DNA from: Alphaproteobacteria bacterium
GTDB lineage: Bacteria; Pseudomonadota; Alphaproteobacteria; MPNO01; UBA830
NCBI GenBank assembly: GCA_965243135.1
Contig: OZ251539.1
Location: 4,192,001 to 4,256,000 of the forward strand
DNA: 64,000 bases
Direction of reading: 5' to 3'
A program made the translations under genes and the position numbers. Position 1 is the stretch's first letter. Each line of letters begins with the position of its first letter. Under the pieces are notes generated by a model, which saw only the letters and a program-made list of their open reading frames with translations, had not been told where the DNA came from and made no database searches. Positions 34,636-49,086 of this stretch are shown in pieces.

Positions 34636-35028
34636 CTATCCGCCTGTCGCCACGTCGACATATTCCCTCACCAAAATAAGGTTTTCCATGGATCCTTCTC
34701 GCAGAAGATCCATCGGCGATCGATCGTCAAGCAAGAGATGCGGTTCTCGGAGCCATTCGTTCTCCACGGCCTCGTCACGCAGCCAAGCCGAAAGAGCGCG
34801 GCGAATTTCAAAGAGAAAAGCAATCCGATTCTCGATGTCGCGTCCCGTCGGCGGAATGCGGCCGGACATGATGTTTTCGACAAGAGATTCCTCGGCCTCC
34901 TCGAATCCGAGCAGCCACGCGGCATCCCGTAACTCAAGGTTCCATGCAGTCAACAGATGCCTGATGAATTTTACGGGGCCAACGACGCGATCCTGCTGTC
35001 GAGAAGAAATCTTAAAGGTCGGTTTCAT
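34636..35028 (-). CDS. MbcA/ParS/Xre-type antitoxin domain protein (DUF2384-like)
   Basis: C-terminal WLREPHLLLDDRSPMDLLREG..VREYVD; N-terminal HTH-like AAWLLG. Alternative start at 35067. Confidence 0.7.
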   Translation of the reverse strand: MKPTFKISSRQQDRVVGPVKFIRHLLTAWNLELRDAAWLLGFEEAEESLVENIMSGRIPPTGRDIENRIAFLFEIRRALSAWLRDEAVENEWLREPHLLLDDRSPMDLLREGSMENLILVREYVDVATGG

Positions 35029-35211
35029 TGCGCTTCTTCGCTCCCGTTCTCCGTTTTCCGGCATCATTTTTCGCCGTTTCCCCAGATAATGACTGCCGAT
35101 TGGATACGCAACGCGATCTCCGGCAATCGGATTCCAGAAATCAAGGATCTGGAGTTCTAACCCGTTGTTCCCTGAATCCTGCTTTTTATAATCCCGTCTT
35201 TTTTTCTTGAA

Positions 35212-35675
35212 TTATTTTTGCCAGCGTCCGCATTGCCGTATATCGCATTCATGCGCAACTTCAATAACCCGACCGATCATTCTCCCGCACGCTTCGAATT
35301 CTTGACGCGCCCGGCGTTTCGTTTCCGAGAAAAAATCGCGTCGTTCCGCACTGAGAATGATGTCGAGGTCAGCAGTCCACTGAATTTTTGCAATTAACTC
35401 CTCATCAATTGACGTACCAGGTAAGTGATGGCTGCTCCTGCGACTGGAATTGCGACGAATGCGCCGCCTGTCGCGAGCCATGCTCCACGACGATTCAATT
35501 GCTTTCACGGCACCCAGCCCAAGTTTTCTTGACATACGTCCAGCGTCAGCGTCCGTCAATTTTGCGACAACGCACCTATGGTCGAAAGTCTCAACAGTGT
35601 CAATGGCGACGAACAGGCCCTTGCTTCTCAACCGCACCACTCTCCGTGAATCATCGGTCCAGGAATCCTTCCAAC
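35212..35675 (-). pseudogene. Hypothetical gene fragment interrupted by the adjacent IS
   Basis: The frame stays open from the target duplication to 35212; AT-richer than the flanking core genes; no family recognised. Confidence 0.3.
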
Positions 35676-37355
35676 GGGTGCAGGTCTAGAATTGTAAAAT
35701 AGAAAAACCTGCAGTGCGTTGATTTTCAATAATTATTCGGGTTTGGGCCGCGGCGCTTCAAGGCCGAAATCAGCGATTTCGTGACAAAACGCCGTTCCGG
35801 GCGCGGATTTTGTCACGACAACGGGGCCGGAGGACGAAAAAAGAATGCTCCAAGCGCGCGGCATAATGTTGGTGCTCAACCACAACATCAGGAGCATTCC
35901 CATGTCAGTATCGCAGCTTTCGACCGGCTTGTCCATAGATCTTTCGACTTTCTCTCGGGAAGCCGCCGAAGCGTTGCAGACGTTCGCGGCCTTCCTCGGG
36001 AAAGGGGGCGAGGCCGCCGAAGCGTTCCAGTCCTTCGCGGCTTTCCTCGGCGAAGGGGCCGAACGAGAGGGTCCCGAGGCGTTTGCCGATTTCGAAATCG
36101 GGCTGCACGAGCGGCTCATGGGGCTCGGTCGCGCGGTGATCGGCAAGCATGTCGAGGACCGGGACGAGAACGTCGGCCCGGTCCACGGCCGGGTCTTCTA
36201 CCGGTCCACCGAGGCGACATCGAAAACCATTCACACGTTGTTCGGTCCGGTCAAGTTCTTGCGTCCGCTGTACCGGTCGCCGGGAAGCCCGTCGTTCTCG
36301 CCGGTCGATGAAAGCCTGGGCCTGTTCGACAAGTACCTCACGGATCCGGCGGCGCACGGCGCACTTATGCTCCTGTGCCACTGCACGCCGGCGGACGGGG
36401 CCAAAATCCTCAAACAGCTGGGAGGCATGAACCCGTCGTTGAGTTGCCTCCAGCGTCTGTTGACGAGGGCGGGCGAGCGCTGGAACGAGAAGGAGAGCAC
36501 AGCCAGGGACGCCATTCGCGAAGCGGAAACGGTGCCGGAGGAAGCGGCTTCCTGCACCGTCTCGCTCGATGGCGTCATGGTTCCGCTTCGCCCCGACGGG
36601 GACAGGGAAGCGTGCTGGCGCGAGGCGTCCTGCGGAACCGTCAGCTTCCATGACGCGGACGGCAATCGCCTGAGAACGGTGAGCCTTGCGCGCATGCCGG
36701 AAGCCGGCAAGGCGACGCTGAAGGAGCAGCTCGCCGCCGAGGTCGCCCATGTCCGGAAAGCGCGGCCCGACCTGCCGCTGGTCGCCGTCGCCGACGCCGC
36801 GCCCGACAACTGGACGTTTCTTGAGGAGCTTCAGCCCGACGAACGGGCGATCGACTTCTTCCATGCATGCGAACACCTCGCTGAGGTTGCCGACCACGCG
36901 GTCGCAACCGACTGGTACGACAGATACCGCGCCGTCCTGCGCGACGACGAAAAGGGCGTCGACAAGGTCGTCCGGGCGATCTCCGCAGCAGGGCGGCAGG
37001 ATCGGCGCTCAAGATTCTTGACCGCGAGCTCGCATTCTTCCGCAAGAACAGGGGCCGCATGCACTACGCCAGCCTCAAGGCCAAGGGCTACCCGGTCGGG
37101 TCGGGCGTCGTGGAGGCCGCCAACAAGGTGCTGGTCAACCAGCGCATGAAACGGGCGGGCCAGCGCTGGAGCCTTGAGGGCGGTCAGAACGTCCTTACCT
37201 TCAGGGCGGTGTCGGGCCGCTTCGACGCCGCGTGGCGGGCGATGACCGGAACGCATGCCGCAAACGAAAACCGGGCCCCGAATGCCGTCGCGGCCTGACG
37301 GCGGGAATCCTTTTTCCAGAACGAAACAGGATTTTACAAAAATAGAACTGCACCC
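35676..37355 (+). mobile_element. ISKra4/ISLre2-like insertion sequence, 1680 bp
   Basis: 25-bp terminal inverted repeats GGGTGCAG..TTGTAAAAT (21/25 match; 35676-35700 and 37331-37355); 8-bp target duplication CTTCCAAC (35668-35675 and 37356-37363). Confidence 0.9.
35902..37298 (+). pseudogene. ISKra4-like DDE transposase, frameshifted near 36990
   Basis: SLDGVMV, WREASCG, VADAAPDNW, DFFHACEHL, then in another frame GYPVGSGVVEAANK..RMKRAGQRW. Confidence 0.85.
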
Positions 37356-37717
37356 CTTCCAACTCTGAAAGGATCCCGGATACGGTTTCGCGACCTGTCC
37401 CGCAGTTTATGAAGTATCGTTGCCGGATCTCCGTTACAGGCGCTGCCAACCGGGCGACGTAAGCCGCTTTGCACGGCGATTCATTCGTTCCGCCTGCCTG
37501 TCCGCAGGCGGAACTGTGACCACGTCGCAAACCGGTCGACATGCCGATACCGCCTCGCCCGGGCATGAAGCTCGCATTCGGAGGTCTCTCATTCTCGAAC
37601 GTATACGTTCGTTCAGCGTAAAGGGAAATTCGCGGATCACTTGCAGCCCGGCCGGCGCAATTACGAAGCGCTCCGGGCTGGGGTTGCGTCAGCGAACGCG
37701 CCGACGCCGGCCGGCCG

Positions 37718-38896
37718 TCACGCTTCCAGAAAAATCCGCGCGGGCTCCTCGATGCACTGCTTTACGCGCACGAGAAACGTCACGGCCTCGCGACCGTCGA
37801 CGATCCGGTGATCGTAGCTGAGCGCGACATACATCATCGGCCGTATCTCGACGGCGTCGCCGACCGCGACGGGACGACGGTCGATCCGGTGCATACCCAG
37901 GATCCCGGACTGGGGAGGATTCAATATCGGGGTCGAGAGCAGCGAACCGTACACGCCGCCGTTGGTGATGGTGAAGGTGCCGCCGGTCAGTTCCGCCAGC
38001 TCGAGGCGGCCCTCCCGCGCGCGCGTTCCAAGATCGGCCACGGCCTTCTCGATCCCGGCAAAGGACAGCGCATCGGCGTCGCGCAGCACCGGCACGACCA
38101 GGCCCTGCTCGGTGCCGACGGCGATGCCGATGTCGTAATGGTTCTTGTACACGAGGTCATCGCCATCAATTTCGGCGTTCACGGCGGGCAGTTCCCGGAG
38201 CGCGAGGATCGCCGCCTTCACGAAAAAGGACATGAAGCCGAGGCGGCAGCCGTGCCGTTTCTCGAACGCTTCCTGATGCTTCCGCCGGAGTTCCGTCACC
38301 GCGGTCATGTCGATCTCGTTGAAGGTCGTCAACATCGCCGCCGTGTTCTGGGCCTCCTTGAGACGCTGGGCGATGCGACGACGAAGCTGCGTCATCCTGA
38401 CGCGCTCCTCGCGGGGGGCAGCCGGAGCGGCGGGCGGGCGCTGCGCTTCTTCGCGGACGGGAGCCGGAGCGGCGGGCCGCTCCTCCGCCGACGCCTTCAA
38501 GTAGGCCAGGACGTCGCCTTTGGTCAGGCGGCCGTCCTTCCCGGTGGCGGGAACGACGGCGGGATCGAGGCCGTGCTTTTCGACCAGTTCCCGCGCGGCG
38601 GGAGACAGTTTTTCCGCGGCGCCCGAAGGCGGCGGCGCGTCCGGCGCGTCCGGCGCGGCCGCGTCGCCGATGACGCCGAGCACGGCGCCGACCGAAACGT
38701 TCTCGCCTTCCGGCGCGAGGATTTCGCCGAGCGTGCCGGCCGCCGTGGCGTTGACCTCCAACGTGACCTTGTCGGTCTCGATCTCGACGAGGCGCTCGTC
38801 GAGTTCGACAGCGTCTCCGACCGCCTTGAACCACTTGGCCACCGTCGCCTCGGTGACGGACTCGCCGAGGGTCGGCACGACGATTTCGGTATGCAT
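37718..38896 (-). CDS. sucB: 2-oxoglutarate dehydrogenase E2
   Basis: Lipoyl [33 protein letters not shown]. Confidence 0.97.
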   Translation of the reverse strand: MHTEIVVPTLGESVTEATVAKWFKAVGDAVELDERLVEIETDKVTLEVNATAAGTLGEILAPEGENVSVGAVLGVIGDAAAPDAPDAPPPSGAAEKLSPAARELVEKHGLDPAVVPATGKDGRLTKGDVLAYLKASAEERPAAPAPVREEAQRPPAAPAAPREERVRMTQLRRRIAQRLKEAQNTAAMLTTFNEIDMTAVTELRRKHQEAFEKRHGCRLGFMSFFVKAAILALRELPAVNAEIDGDDLVYKNHYDIGIAVGTEQGLVVPVLRDADALSFAGIEKAVADLGTRAREGRLELAELTGGTFTITNGGVYGSLLSTPILNPPQSGILGMHRIDRRPVAVGDAVEIRPMMYVALSYDHRIVDGREAVTFLVRVKQCIEEPARIFLEA

Positions 38897-38913
38897 ATCC
38901 AGATTCTCCAGAA

Positions 38914-41745
38914 TCAGCCGGCGAGCGCCTGTTCGACCAGGATCCGCTGTTCCCGCTCGTGCTTGCCGTGCGAACCAGTCGCCGGAGAGGCGGCCTCGGG
39001 CCGGCCGGCGTAGATCGGTCGGGAAGCTCGAACGTCGAGCCCTTCCAGGACGGCCTCGATGCGCCTGTCCGCGAAGTTCCACGCGCCCATGTTCCGCGGC
39101 TCTTCCTGGCACCAGACGACGTCCGCGTCGGGGTGCTTGCCGAGTTCCTGGGCCAGCGAAACGTCGGGAAACGGATACAGCTGCTCGACGCGGACCAGGG
39201 CGACGTTGGAAATTCCCCGTTCTTCGCGGGCGGCGAGCAGGTCGAAATAAACCTTGCCGGCGCACAGGATGACGCGCCGCGCGTTCGTCACTTCGCGGTC
39301 GGGCAGAACGCGACTGAAGGCCATGCCCGGGCCGAACTCCTCAAGGTTCGAAACGCACTTCTTGTGACGCAGCAGCGATTTGGGCGTCGCCAGGATCAAC
39401 GGCTTCCGGAAGCTGCGGTGCACTTGCCTGCGCAGGGCATGGAAGTAGTTGGCCGGCGTGGTGATGACGCAGACTTGCCAGTTGTCCTCGGCGCAGAGCT
39501 GCAGATAGCGCTCGACGCGGGCGGACGAATGCTCCGGCCCCTGGCCCTCGTAGCCGTGGGGAAGCAGCATGACCAGTCCCGACATGCGCAGCCATTTCGA
39601 TTCCGACGAGCAGATGAACTGGTCGAAGATGAACTGCGCTCCGTTGGCGAAGTCGCCGAACTGCGCTTCCCAGAGGACCAGGACGTTCGGATCCGCGAGG
39701 GTGAGCCCGTATTCGAAGCCCAGCACCGCCGCCTCGGAAAGCGGACTGTTGCGGGCGATGAACTTTTCCTGGGCGCCGGGACGGATTTGTTCGAGCGGTA
39801 TGAAGGGCTTTTCCGTCTCCTGGTCGATGACCACGGCGTGCCGCTGGGAGAACGTTCCGCGGGCCACGTCCTGTCCGCTGAGCCGCACCAGAATTCCTTC
39901 GGTCAGCAAGGTGCCGAACGCGAGCGCCTCGGCCGTCGCCCAATCGATGCCCGCGCCCGATTCGACGGCGCGGCGGCGCGCATCGAAAAAGCGTTCGAGC
40001 TTCGAGTTGAGCTTCACCGTTTCCGGAACGCGCGATATGGCTGCCCCGACTTCGCGCAGGAGTTCGAGAGAGGCGCCGGTCTTGCCCTTTCGCTCCTCGC
40101 GGGAGGGGGCGGTCGTGATGCCGGCCCACTTGCCCTCCAGCCAGTCGGCCCTGTTGGGCTTGTAGGATCCCGCCGCTTCGAAATCCTCTTCCAGTCGCCG
40201 GCGGACCCGCGTCCGGATTTCCTCGGCCCGCGCTTCGTCGACGAGGCCCTCCTGCAAAAGGCGGGCGGCATAGATCTGGCGCACGTCCGGATGGTCGGCG
40301 ATCGCCCTGTACATCTTCGGCTGGGTGAACGCCGGTTCGTCGCCTTCGTTATGGCCGAAGCGCCGGTAGCACCACATGTCGATGACGACGTCCTTGCGGA
40401 ACCGCTGGCGGAACTCGATGGCGATGCGGCACACATGGACGACCGCTTCGACGTCGTCGCCGTTGACGTGGAAGATCGGCGCCTGCGCCATCTTGGCGAT
40501 CTCGGTCGGGTAGCGGGACGCGCGAGTGGCGCCCGGGTTGGTGGTGAAGCCGATCTGGTTGTTAACCACGAAATGAATCGTCCCGCCGGTGCGGTAACCC
40601 TTGATGTCCGAAAGCCCGAACGTTTCGGCCACGATTCCCTGCCCGCCGAAGGCAGCGTCTCCGTGCATCAGCAAGCCGAGCACCTTGCGGCGCTCCTTGT
40701 CCTTGTGTTGGCGTTGCTTCGCGCGGACCTTCCCGACCACCACGGGATCGACCGCCTCGAGATGCGACGGGTTGGCGGCGAGCGAGAGGTGGACGAGCTC
40801 GCCGTCGAATTCGCGATCGGCGGACGTGCCGAGATGATATTTGACGTCGCCCGATCCCTGCACGTCGTCGGCCGTCGCCGCGGCGTCCTGGAACTCGGAG
40901 AAGATCGCCGCGAACGGCTTGTTCATGACGTTCGCGAGCACGTTCAGGCGACCGCGGTGGGGCATGCCGAGCACGACCTCGACAACGCCGAGCTGGCTGC
41001 CGCGCTTGAGGATCTGTTCGAGGCCCGGCACGAGCGCTTCAGCGCCGTCGAGCCCGAACCGCTTCGTGCCGGGATATTTGACGTGCAGGAAGTTCTCGAA
41101 GGTTTCGGCTTCGGTCAGGCGTTCGAGGATGGTGATCTTGCCGAGGTCGGTGAACCGGGTCCGGTTGTGAATCCCCTCGATCCGCTCCTGGATCCAGACC
41201 TTTTCCTCGGCCGAGGTGATGTGCATGTATTCGACGCCGATATGCCCGCAATAGGTGGCGTGGGCCCGTTCCACGATGTCGTTCAGCGTCGCTTTCTCGC
41301 CGAGGCCGAGGCGGTCGTGGATGTAGATCTCGCGGGTGCGGTCGGCGTCCGTGAAGCCGTAGGATTCCGGATCCAACTCCGTATGTGCGAGCGGCCGTTC
41401 GAGCCCGAGCGGGTCCAGCGCGGCGTGAAGATGGCCGCGGTCGCGATGGGACCGGATAAGCATGAGCGCCTGGATGGAGTCGCGAGTCACCGCGCCGAGC
41501 GCGGCTCCCGGAGCGGTCGCCGACGCCGGCGCGCTCCCGTTGGCGGGCGCGCCGATCACCCTGGTGGCGCGCGGCGCCCAACTGGCGCCTTCGATTTCGC
41601 GAAGCACGGCGGGCGCGTCTTCCTTCAACTCTTCGAAGAACGCCGCCCACGCCGGTTCCACCGACTCCGGGCGTTCGATATAACGGGCGTGCAATTCCGC
41701 GATGAATTCGCCGTTGGCGCTTGCGGGAAAGGGAAAGGTCGTCAT
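38914..41745 (-). CDS. sucA: 2-oxoglutarate dehydrogenase E1
   Basis: [44 protein letters not shown]. Confidence 0.97.
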   Translation of the reverse strand: MTTFPFPASANGEFIAELHARYIERPESVEPAWAAFFEELKEDAPAVLREIEGASWAPRATRVIGAPANGSAPASATAPGAALGAVTRDSIQALMLIRSHRDRGHLHAALDPLGLERPLAHTELDPESYGFTDADRTREIYIHDRLGLGEKATLNDIVERAHATYCGHIGVEYMHITSAEEKVWIQERIEGIHNRTRFTDLGKITILERLTEAETFENFLHVKYPGTKRFGLDGAEALVPGLEQILKRGSQLGVVEVVLGMPHRGRLNVLANVMNKPFAAIFSEFQDAAATADDVQGSGDVKYHLGTSADREFDGELVHLSLAANPSHLEAVDPVVVGKVRAKQRQHKDKERRKVLGLLMHGDAAFGGQGIVAETFGLSDIKGYRTGGTIHFVVNNQIGFTTNPGATRASRYPTEIAKMAQAPIFHVNGDDVEAVVHVCRIAIEFRQRFRKDVVIDMWCYRRFGHNEGDEPAFTQPKMYRAIADHPDVRQIYAARLLQEGLVDEARAEEIRTRVRRRLEEDFEAAGSYKPNRADWLEGKWAGITTAPSREERKGKTGASLELLREVGAAISRVPETVKLNSKLERFFDARRRAVESGAGIDWATAEALAFGTLLTEGILVRLSGQDVARGTFSQRHAVVIDQETEKPFIPLEQIRPGAQEKFIARNSPLSEAAVLGFEYGLTLADPNVLVLWEAQFGDFANGAQFIFDQFICSSESKWLRMSGLVMLLPHGYEGQGPEHSSARVERYLQLCAEDNWQVCVITTPANYFHALRRQVHRSFRKPLILATPKSLLRHKKCVSNLEEFGPGMAFSRVLPDREVTNARRVILCAGKVYFDLLAAREERGISNVALVRVEQLYPFPDVSLAQELGKHPDADVVWCQEEPRNMGAWNFADRRIEAVLEGLDVRASRPIYAGRPEAASPATGSHGKHEREQRILVEQALAG

Positions 41746-42414
41746 GGCTTCCGTGGCGTAGTTCTTCCGACGCTGGAGCAGCGCTGCCGACTTGCGCGCG
41801 GGCCGCGACGCTTCCCGCGTCGATGTGGACCGATACCCCTTTCCGCGCCAACCTGCAACCGCGTGAAGGGCGCTTGCGCCGTTTTTTATTGGCTGGCGTC
41901 CGCCCGACAGCATGCAGCGGCGTGAGGTTCCGTGCCGTCACGTATCGCGCTGCGGCGCTGAACTCAGGGCGAGGCTCGGAACGGGCAACTTCCTGAGATT
42001 TGCGCCTTGGACTTCCGAAGCGCGGCGAACGGCAGATCCTGCCGCAAGGTCCGGCCGGCGAGCCAAAGCCCCGAGGCGCGGCGGCAGGCCGGGCGTCGCG
42101 AGCTGTCCCGCCGCCGCGGCCGGAAGTTCGTTTCGGGACGCGACGAATATGTCGAGCCATGCCTGTTCCACGCTGCGTCCCCCAGCGCGACAGGCGGCCG
42201 GCGGTTTCCGTGGCGTTACGGATGGCCTGTGGGGAAAAGCGCGGGGGCGGCGGACCGAAAAAATGGGACAGCGCAAACGCCTCTATGTGCCTGATTCAGA
42301 AGCGTTCTGAAACCGGACAGACCATTTGGTACATGGACCGGTCATATCGTCTGCTATTGACACGCGAACGCCTCTGCCCTTGTATTGGGCTGATTGGCGT
42401 AGTAAGTTTTCGCT

Positions 42415-42702
42415 GTGATCCGCTCGTGGCACAATGCGGCCAGCCGAAAGGTTTGGGAAGGCGAAACGCCGAACCGGTTCCGTGGCATGGACTTTCCTGC
42501 CGCCATCGATTTGCTGCTGGCGCTCAACGCCGCCGATACGCTCCGTGACCTGAGCCCACTCAAGAGCGTCGGGTTGCACAAACTCAAGGGGGTACGCGCA
42601 AATCAGTGGGCGATGACGGTGAACGGACCTTGGCGGATTTGCTTCGAATTCCGGGCGGGTGACGCCCACCGCGTCGAGATCGTCGACTACCATAAGGGAT
42701 GA
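42415..42702 (+). CDS. higB: HigB-family (RelE-like) toxin
   Basis: MIRSW..GLHKLKG..QWAMTVNGPWRICFEF..VEIVDYH; GTG start. Confidence 0.9.
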   Translation: MIRSWHNAASRKVWEGETPNRFRGMDFPAAIDLLLALNAADTLRDLSPLKSVGLHKLKGVRANQWAMTVNGPWRICFEFRAGDAHRVEIVDYHKG

Positions 42703-42989
42703 ACGCCATGCTTCCGATCTCACACCCCGGCCGCCTGCTGAAGCGCGAACTCGAGGCGAGGGGCCTGAGCGCCAATCGGCTGGCGCTCGACCTCGGCGTC
42801 CCATCGGGTCGCGTGACGGATATTCTTAATGGCCGCCGTTCGATTACCGCCGATACGGCGGTGCGTCTCGGCCTCTATTTTGGAAACGGCGCATCGTTCT
42901 GGCTCGGTCTTCAGAGCCAGTACGACATAGCATGGATCGAACGGGAACGCGGAACCGAGATCGCCAAGCGCGTGCGACCGGCGGCGTGA
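42699..42989 (+). CDS. higA: HigA-family antitoxin (Xre HTH)
   Basis: HPGRLL..SITADTAVRL..FWLGLQSQYD. Confidence 0.92.
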   Translation: MNAMLPISHPGRLLKRELEARGLSANRLALDLGVPSGRVTDILNGRRSITADTAVRLGLYFGNGASFWLGLQSQYDIAWIERERGTEIAKRVRPAA

Positions 42990-43761
42990 TGTCTCCCCTG
43001 CCGAAAAGCAAAGGGTCGGAACCACGCCAAGCGCATCGGGTTTTCCAACTACGACCCCATCTCCCTCGCCAAAGAGGTTGCCGGGGTCCGACATTCCCGT
43101 ACAAGCGGCATGGCGCTGGCGCATTTCACGGATTCGAGAAGCTGCGCACATGATGGCTCCGCGAAACGCGTGATGACAGCGATCATCGTAGCACGCCCAC
43201 CGCCATCAAGTACCTGTAGTTGGTTCGGCGCCCTAAGACCCGTGCATGCGGCGATCAAGCCGCGAAACGCCTGAACGTCAGGCAACGGTTCCGCCGAACG
43301 GGAGCGTCCCGCTCGTCCGGTCGAGCGGGGCGGACTTCCGCTGCCGAAAAGTCCTCCATGTCCAAGGCTCGTTCGAAGCCATGGCCCGAGAGTGACCGAA
43401 GCGGCTCGCGAAAGCCGGAGGAAACCAGAAACCCGGAAACGCAACGCAAAATCAACGCGTGATCGCCCCGGCCAAGTCGAGCTTGCCCTCGACGTGCGTT
43501 CGCTCGAATGCCGGAAGCTCTCGTCCATGCGAACGGTAAGGGCCGACGGTCGAGACGACGGCGTCGCTGAAAAACCGGACCTGCAACGCCGAAACCGGAA
43601 ATGGCGACGATTTCGGGAGAGAGCCGTTCCATGAGTTCGGCCCCGGTGAATCCGGAAGGGCGACGAGGCGCGCCGTTTTTATCGGCTGCCGCGGCTCCCC
43701 CGGCCGGCCGCAAGCGCGGGAGAAGGCGGGTTCGGCCGTCCGCCGACGCCGCTCCCTGAAC

Positions 43762-44640
43762 TCAGGAAGCCCTCATGGCCGCCGCCATCTCGCTGCCGAT
43801 GGCGGCGGGCGAATCGCAGACCCGTATGCCGGCGCTCTTCATCGCCTCGATCTTGTCTTCCGCGCCGCCCCGGCCGCCGGCCACGATCGCGCCGGCGTGC
43901 CCCATCCGCCGGCCCGGCGGCGCCGACACCCCGGCGATGAAACCGACCACCGGCTTGGACGTTCCGGACCGCTTCACGAACTCCGCCGCTTCTTCCTCGG
44001 CCGAGCCGCCGATTTCTCCGATCATGACGATTCCCTCGGTTTCGTCGTCCGCGAGAAACATCTCGAGGCAGTCGACGAAACTCGTCCCGTTGACCGGATC
44101 GCCGCCGATGCCGATGCAGGTCGTCTGGCCGAGTCCGGCCGCCGTGGTCTGCGCGACCGCTTCGTAGGTCAGCGTGCCCGATCGCGACACGATGCCGATG
44201 CGCCCGCGCATGTGTATGTGTCCCGGCATGATGCCGATCTTGCATTCGCCGGGCGTAATCACGCCGGGGCAGTTCGGGCCGATCAGGCGCGAGCCGGAAC
44301 CCGCCAGCGCGCGGCGCGCGCGCACCATGTCGAGAACCGGGATGCCCTCCGTGATGCAGACGACGAGGGGAACGCCGGCTTCGGCGGCCTCGAGAATCGC
44401 GTCGGCCGCGAAAGGCGGCGGGACGTAGATTGCCGTCGCGTCCGCGCCGGTCCGTTCCACCGCCTCGGCGACCGTGTCGAAAACCGGCAGATCGAGATGA
44501 ACGGTTCCCCCCTTGCCCGGCGTCACCCCGCCCACCATGCGGGTGCCGTAGGCGATCGCCTGCTCGGAATGGAAGGTTCCCTGAGATCCGGTGAAGCCCT
44601 GGCAGATGACCCGCGTATCGCGCCCGACGAGAACCGGCAT
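43762..44640 (-). CDS. sucD: Succinyl-CoA synthetase alpha subunit
   Basis: [29 protein letters not shown]. Confidence 0.97.
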   Translation of the reverse strand: MPVLVGRDTRVICQGFTGSQGTFHSEQAIAYGTRMVGGVTPGKGGTVHLDLPVFDTVAEAVERTGADATAIYVPPPFAADAILEAAEAGVPLVVCITEGIPVLDMVRARRALAGSGSRLIGPNCPGVITPGECKIGIMPGHIHMRGRIGIVSRSGTLTYEAVAQTTAAGLGQTTCIGIGGDPVNGTSFVDCLEMFLADDETEGIVMIGEIGGSAEEEAAEFVKRSGTSKPVVGFIAGVSAPPGRRMGHAGAIVAGGRGGAEDKIEAMKSAGIRVCDSPAAIGSEMAAAMRAS

Positions 44641-45797
44641 TACGCAGCCTCCGCCGTTACGCGCACCGCCTTGGCCGCCGCGTCGGACAGATCCCCGGCG
44701 GCGATGACCGGCAGCCCCGATTCCTCGAGGATCTTCTTCCCGAGATCGACGTTCGTCCCCGCGAGGCGCACGACCAGCGGCACCTCGAGGCCGACCTCGC
44801 GCGCCGCCGCGACCACGCCTTCGGCGATCACGTCGCAGCGCATGATGCCGCCGAAGATGTTGACGAGAATCGAAGCCACCCCCTCATCCGACAGGATGAG
44901 CTTGAACGCCGTCGTCACGCGCTCCCGGGTCGCGCCGCCCCCTACGTCGAGAAAATTGGCCGGAGCCCCGCCGTGAAGCCGGATGATGTCCATCGTCGCC
45001 ATCGCAAGGCCGGCGCCGTTGACCATGCAGCCTATGTTGCCGTCGAGGCGGATATAGTTGAGGTCGTGCTCCGCAGCCGCGCGCTCCATCGGATCCTCCT
45101 CGTCCGGATCCCTTAGCGCGGCGACGTCCCGCTGCCGATACAAAGCGTTGTCGTCGAAGTTCATTTTCGCGTCGAGCGCAACCAGCGAGCCCGCGCCGGT
45201 CACGACCAGCGGATTGATCTCCAGCACCGAGGCGTCTAGGGCGGTGAACGCGTCGTACAGCCCTTTCGCGAAACCTTCCGGCGCGTCCTTCAGATCCAGG
45301 GCGGCGGCGAGGCGCCGGGCATGGAAGGGACGGATTCCGGTGGCGGGGTCGATCGCCTGGATGTGAATCTTTTCCGGCGTGGCGGCCGCGACCTCCTCGA
45401 TTTCCATCCCCCCTTCGGTAGACGCCATGAGGGTGACGCGCGAGGTGGCGCGATCGATCAAGAGGCCGACGTAAAGTTCCCGCGCGATGTCGCAGCCTTC
45501 CTCGACGTAGATCCGCCGAACGACGCGTCCGCCCGGCCCGGTCTGCGGCGTGACCAGCGTCATGCCGGTCATTTCTTCGGCCGCCGTTCGCACTGCGTCG
45601 AGCGACTTCGCGACGCGCACGCCGCCGCCCTTGCCCCGGCCGCCTGCGTGAATCTGCGCCTTCACGACCCAGACGGAGCCGCCGAGGCCTCGCGCGACCG
45701 AAACCGCTTCGTCGGGGCCGGTCGCGCTATCGCCGCGCGGCACCGGCACGCCGTACTCCGAGAGCAGGCGCTTCGCCTGATATTCGTGGATGTTCAT
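44640..45797 (-). CDS. sucC: Succinyl-CoA synthetase beta subunit
   Basis: [41 protein letters not shown]. Confidence 0.97.
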   Translation of the reverse strand: MNIHEYQAKRLLSEYGVPVPRGDSATGPDEAVSVARGLGGSVWVVKAQIHAGGRGKGGGVRVAKSLDAVRTAAEEMTGMTLVTPQTGPGGRVVRRIYVEEGCDIARELYVGLLIDRATSRVTLMASTEGGMEIEEVAAATPEKIHIQAIDPATGIRPFHARRLAAALDLKDAPEGFAKGLYDAFTALDASVLEINPLVVTGAGSLVALDAKMNFDDNALYRQRDVAALRDPDEEDPMERAAAEHDLNYIRLDGNIGCMVNGAGLAMATMDIIRLHGGAPANFLDVGGGATRERVTTAFKLILSDEGVASILVNIFGGIMRCDVIAEGVVAAAREVGLEVPLVVRLAGTNVDLGKKILEESGLPVIAAGDLSDAAAKAVRVTAEAA

Positions 45798-45810
45798 GCG
45801 GGTACGAACC

Positions 45811-47684
<1,874 letters not shown>

Positions 47685-47727
47685 CCGATCCGCCGCGTTT
47701 GGCCCCGAAAATCCGAGGGAGCGAGTG

Positions 47728-49086
47728 ATGGCCGTGCGACCGCCGGAAGAACCGATTACGGATTACCGACAGCTCGTCGAGCATTTCGAGGCCGGTTGCA
47801 AGCCTCGCGAATCCTGGCGAATCGGCACCGAGCACGAGAAGTTCGTCTTCAAGCTCGATACCCTGGAGCCCGTGCCTTACGAAGGGCCTTTCGGAATCCG
47901 GAAGTTTCTCGAAGGCTTGACCCGATTCGGCTGGAAGCCCGTTTTCGAAAACGGCAACCCGATCGCCCTGAACGACGGAGATTGCAACATTTCTCTGGAG
48001 CCCGGCGGACAGCTGGAGTTGTCCGGCGCGCCGCTCAAGGACCTTCACCGAACCTGCGACGAGGTGCATACCCATCTCGCGCAGGTGAAGGAGGTCGCAG
48101 GCGAGCTCGGGGTCGGGCTGCTCGGCATGGGCTTTCTGCCCAAGGCGCGCCGAGAGGACGTGCGGTGGATGCCCAAGGGGCGTTACCGGATCATGCGCGC
48201 CTACATGCCGAAGAAGGGCGGTCTCGGCCTGGACATGATGCTGCGTTCCTGCACGGTGCAGGTGAATCTCGATTACGGTTCCGAAGCCGACATGGTCGAG
48301 AAATTCCGCGTTTCGCTGGCGTTGCAGCCGGTCGCGACGGCGATTTTCGCCAATTCGCCGTTCGTCGAGGGCCGGCCGAGCGGTTGGCAGTCGTATCGCA
48401 GCCATCTCTGGGAGGACACCGATCCCGACCGCTGCGGCATGCTTCCGTTCGCGTTCGAGGACGGAATGGGTTTCGAGCGTTACGTCGACTACGCTCTCGA
48501 CGTGCCGATGTACTTTCTCTACCGCGCCGGCCGCTACGTCGACGTTTCCGGCCTGTCGTTCCGCGACTTTCTCGACGGCAAGCTCCCCGGGCACGAAGGC
48601 GAGCTGCCCACGGCGGAAGACTGGTCCGATCACCTTACGACGATTTTTCCCGAGGTGAGGCTGAAGCGCTTCGTCGAAATGCGCGGCGCCGACGGCGGCC
48701 CGTGGCGGCGACTATGCGCGTTGCCGGCGCTGTGGACGGGCCTGCTTTACGACGCCGACTGCCAGCGCGCCGCATGGGATCTGGTGAAGGACTGGAGCGT
48801 CGAGGAACTTTCGTCGCTGCGGCGGGACGCGGCCCTCGACGGCCTGAAGGCGCGATTTCGCGGACGTCCGTTGGCCGAGATCGCCGGAGAAACGCTGGCG
48901 ATCGCCCGAACGGGCCTGAACCGGCGCGCCGTGCCGGGCGTCGTCGACGGGGACGAGAGCGGCTTTCTCGCCGCGGTCCAGGAGATCGTGGACTGCGGCG
49001 AGAGTCCGAGCGAGAGTCTCGCGAGGCGGGTCGAGGAGGAATGGAACGGCAGCGTGGACCCGCTTTACTCGGAATACGCTTATTGA
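47728..49086 (+). CDS. gshA: Glutamate-cysteine ligase (alphaproteobacterial/plant type)
   Basis: RIGTEHEKF, SLEPGGQLELSG, MPKGRY, FPEVRLK, EMRGADGG. Confidence 0.93.
   Translation: MAVRPPEEPITDYRQLVEHFEAGCKPRESWRIGTEHEKFVFKLDTLEPVPYEGPFGIRKFLEGLTRFGWKPVFENGNPIALNDGDCNISLEPGGQLELSGAPLKDLHRTCDEVHTHLAQVKEVAGELGVGLLGMGFLPKARREDVRWMPKGRYRIMRAYMPKKGGLGLDMMLRSCTVQVNLDYGSEADMVEKFRVSLALQPVATAIFANSPFVEGRPSGWQSYRSHLWEDTDPDRCGMLPFAFEDGMGFERYVDYALDVPMYFLYRAGRYVDVSGLSFRDFLDGKLPGHEGELPTAEDWSDHLTTIFPEVRLKRFVEMRGADGGPWRRLCALPALWTGLLYDADCQRAAWDLVKDWSVEELSSLRRDAALDGLKARFRGRPLAEIAGETLAIARTGLNRRAVPGVVDGDESGFLAAVQEIVDCGESPSESLARRVEEEWNGSVDPLYSEYAY

Noticed and set aside
43255-43632. MERLSPEIVAISGFGVAG.. as a small membrane-anchored protein
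   Set aside because: Only the N-terminus looks protein-like and the rest is low-information; a call cannot be supported.
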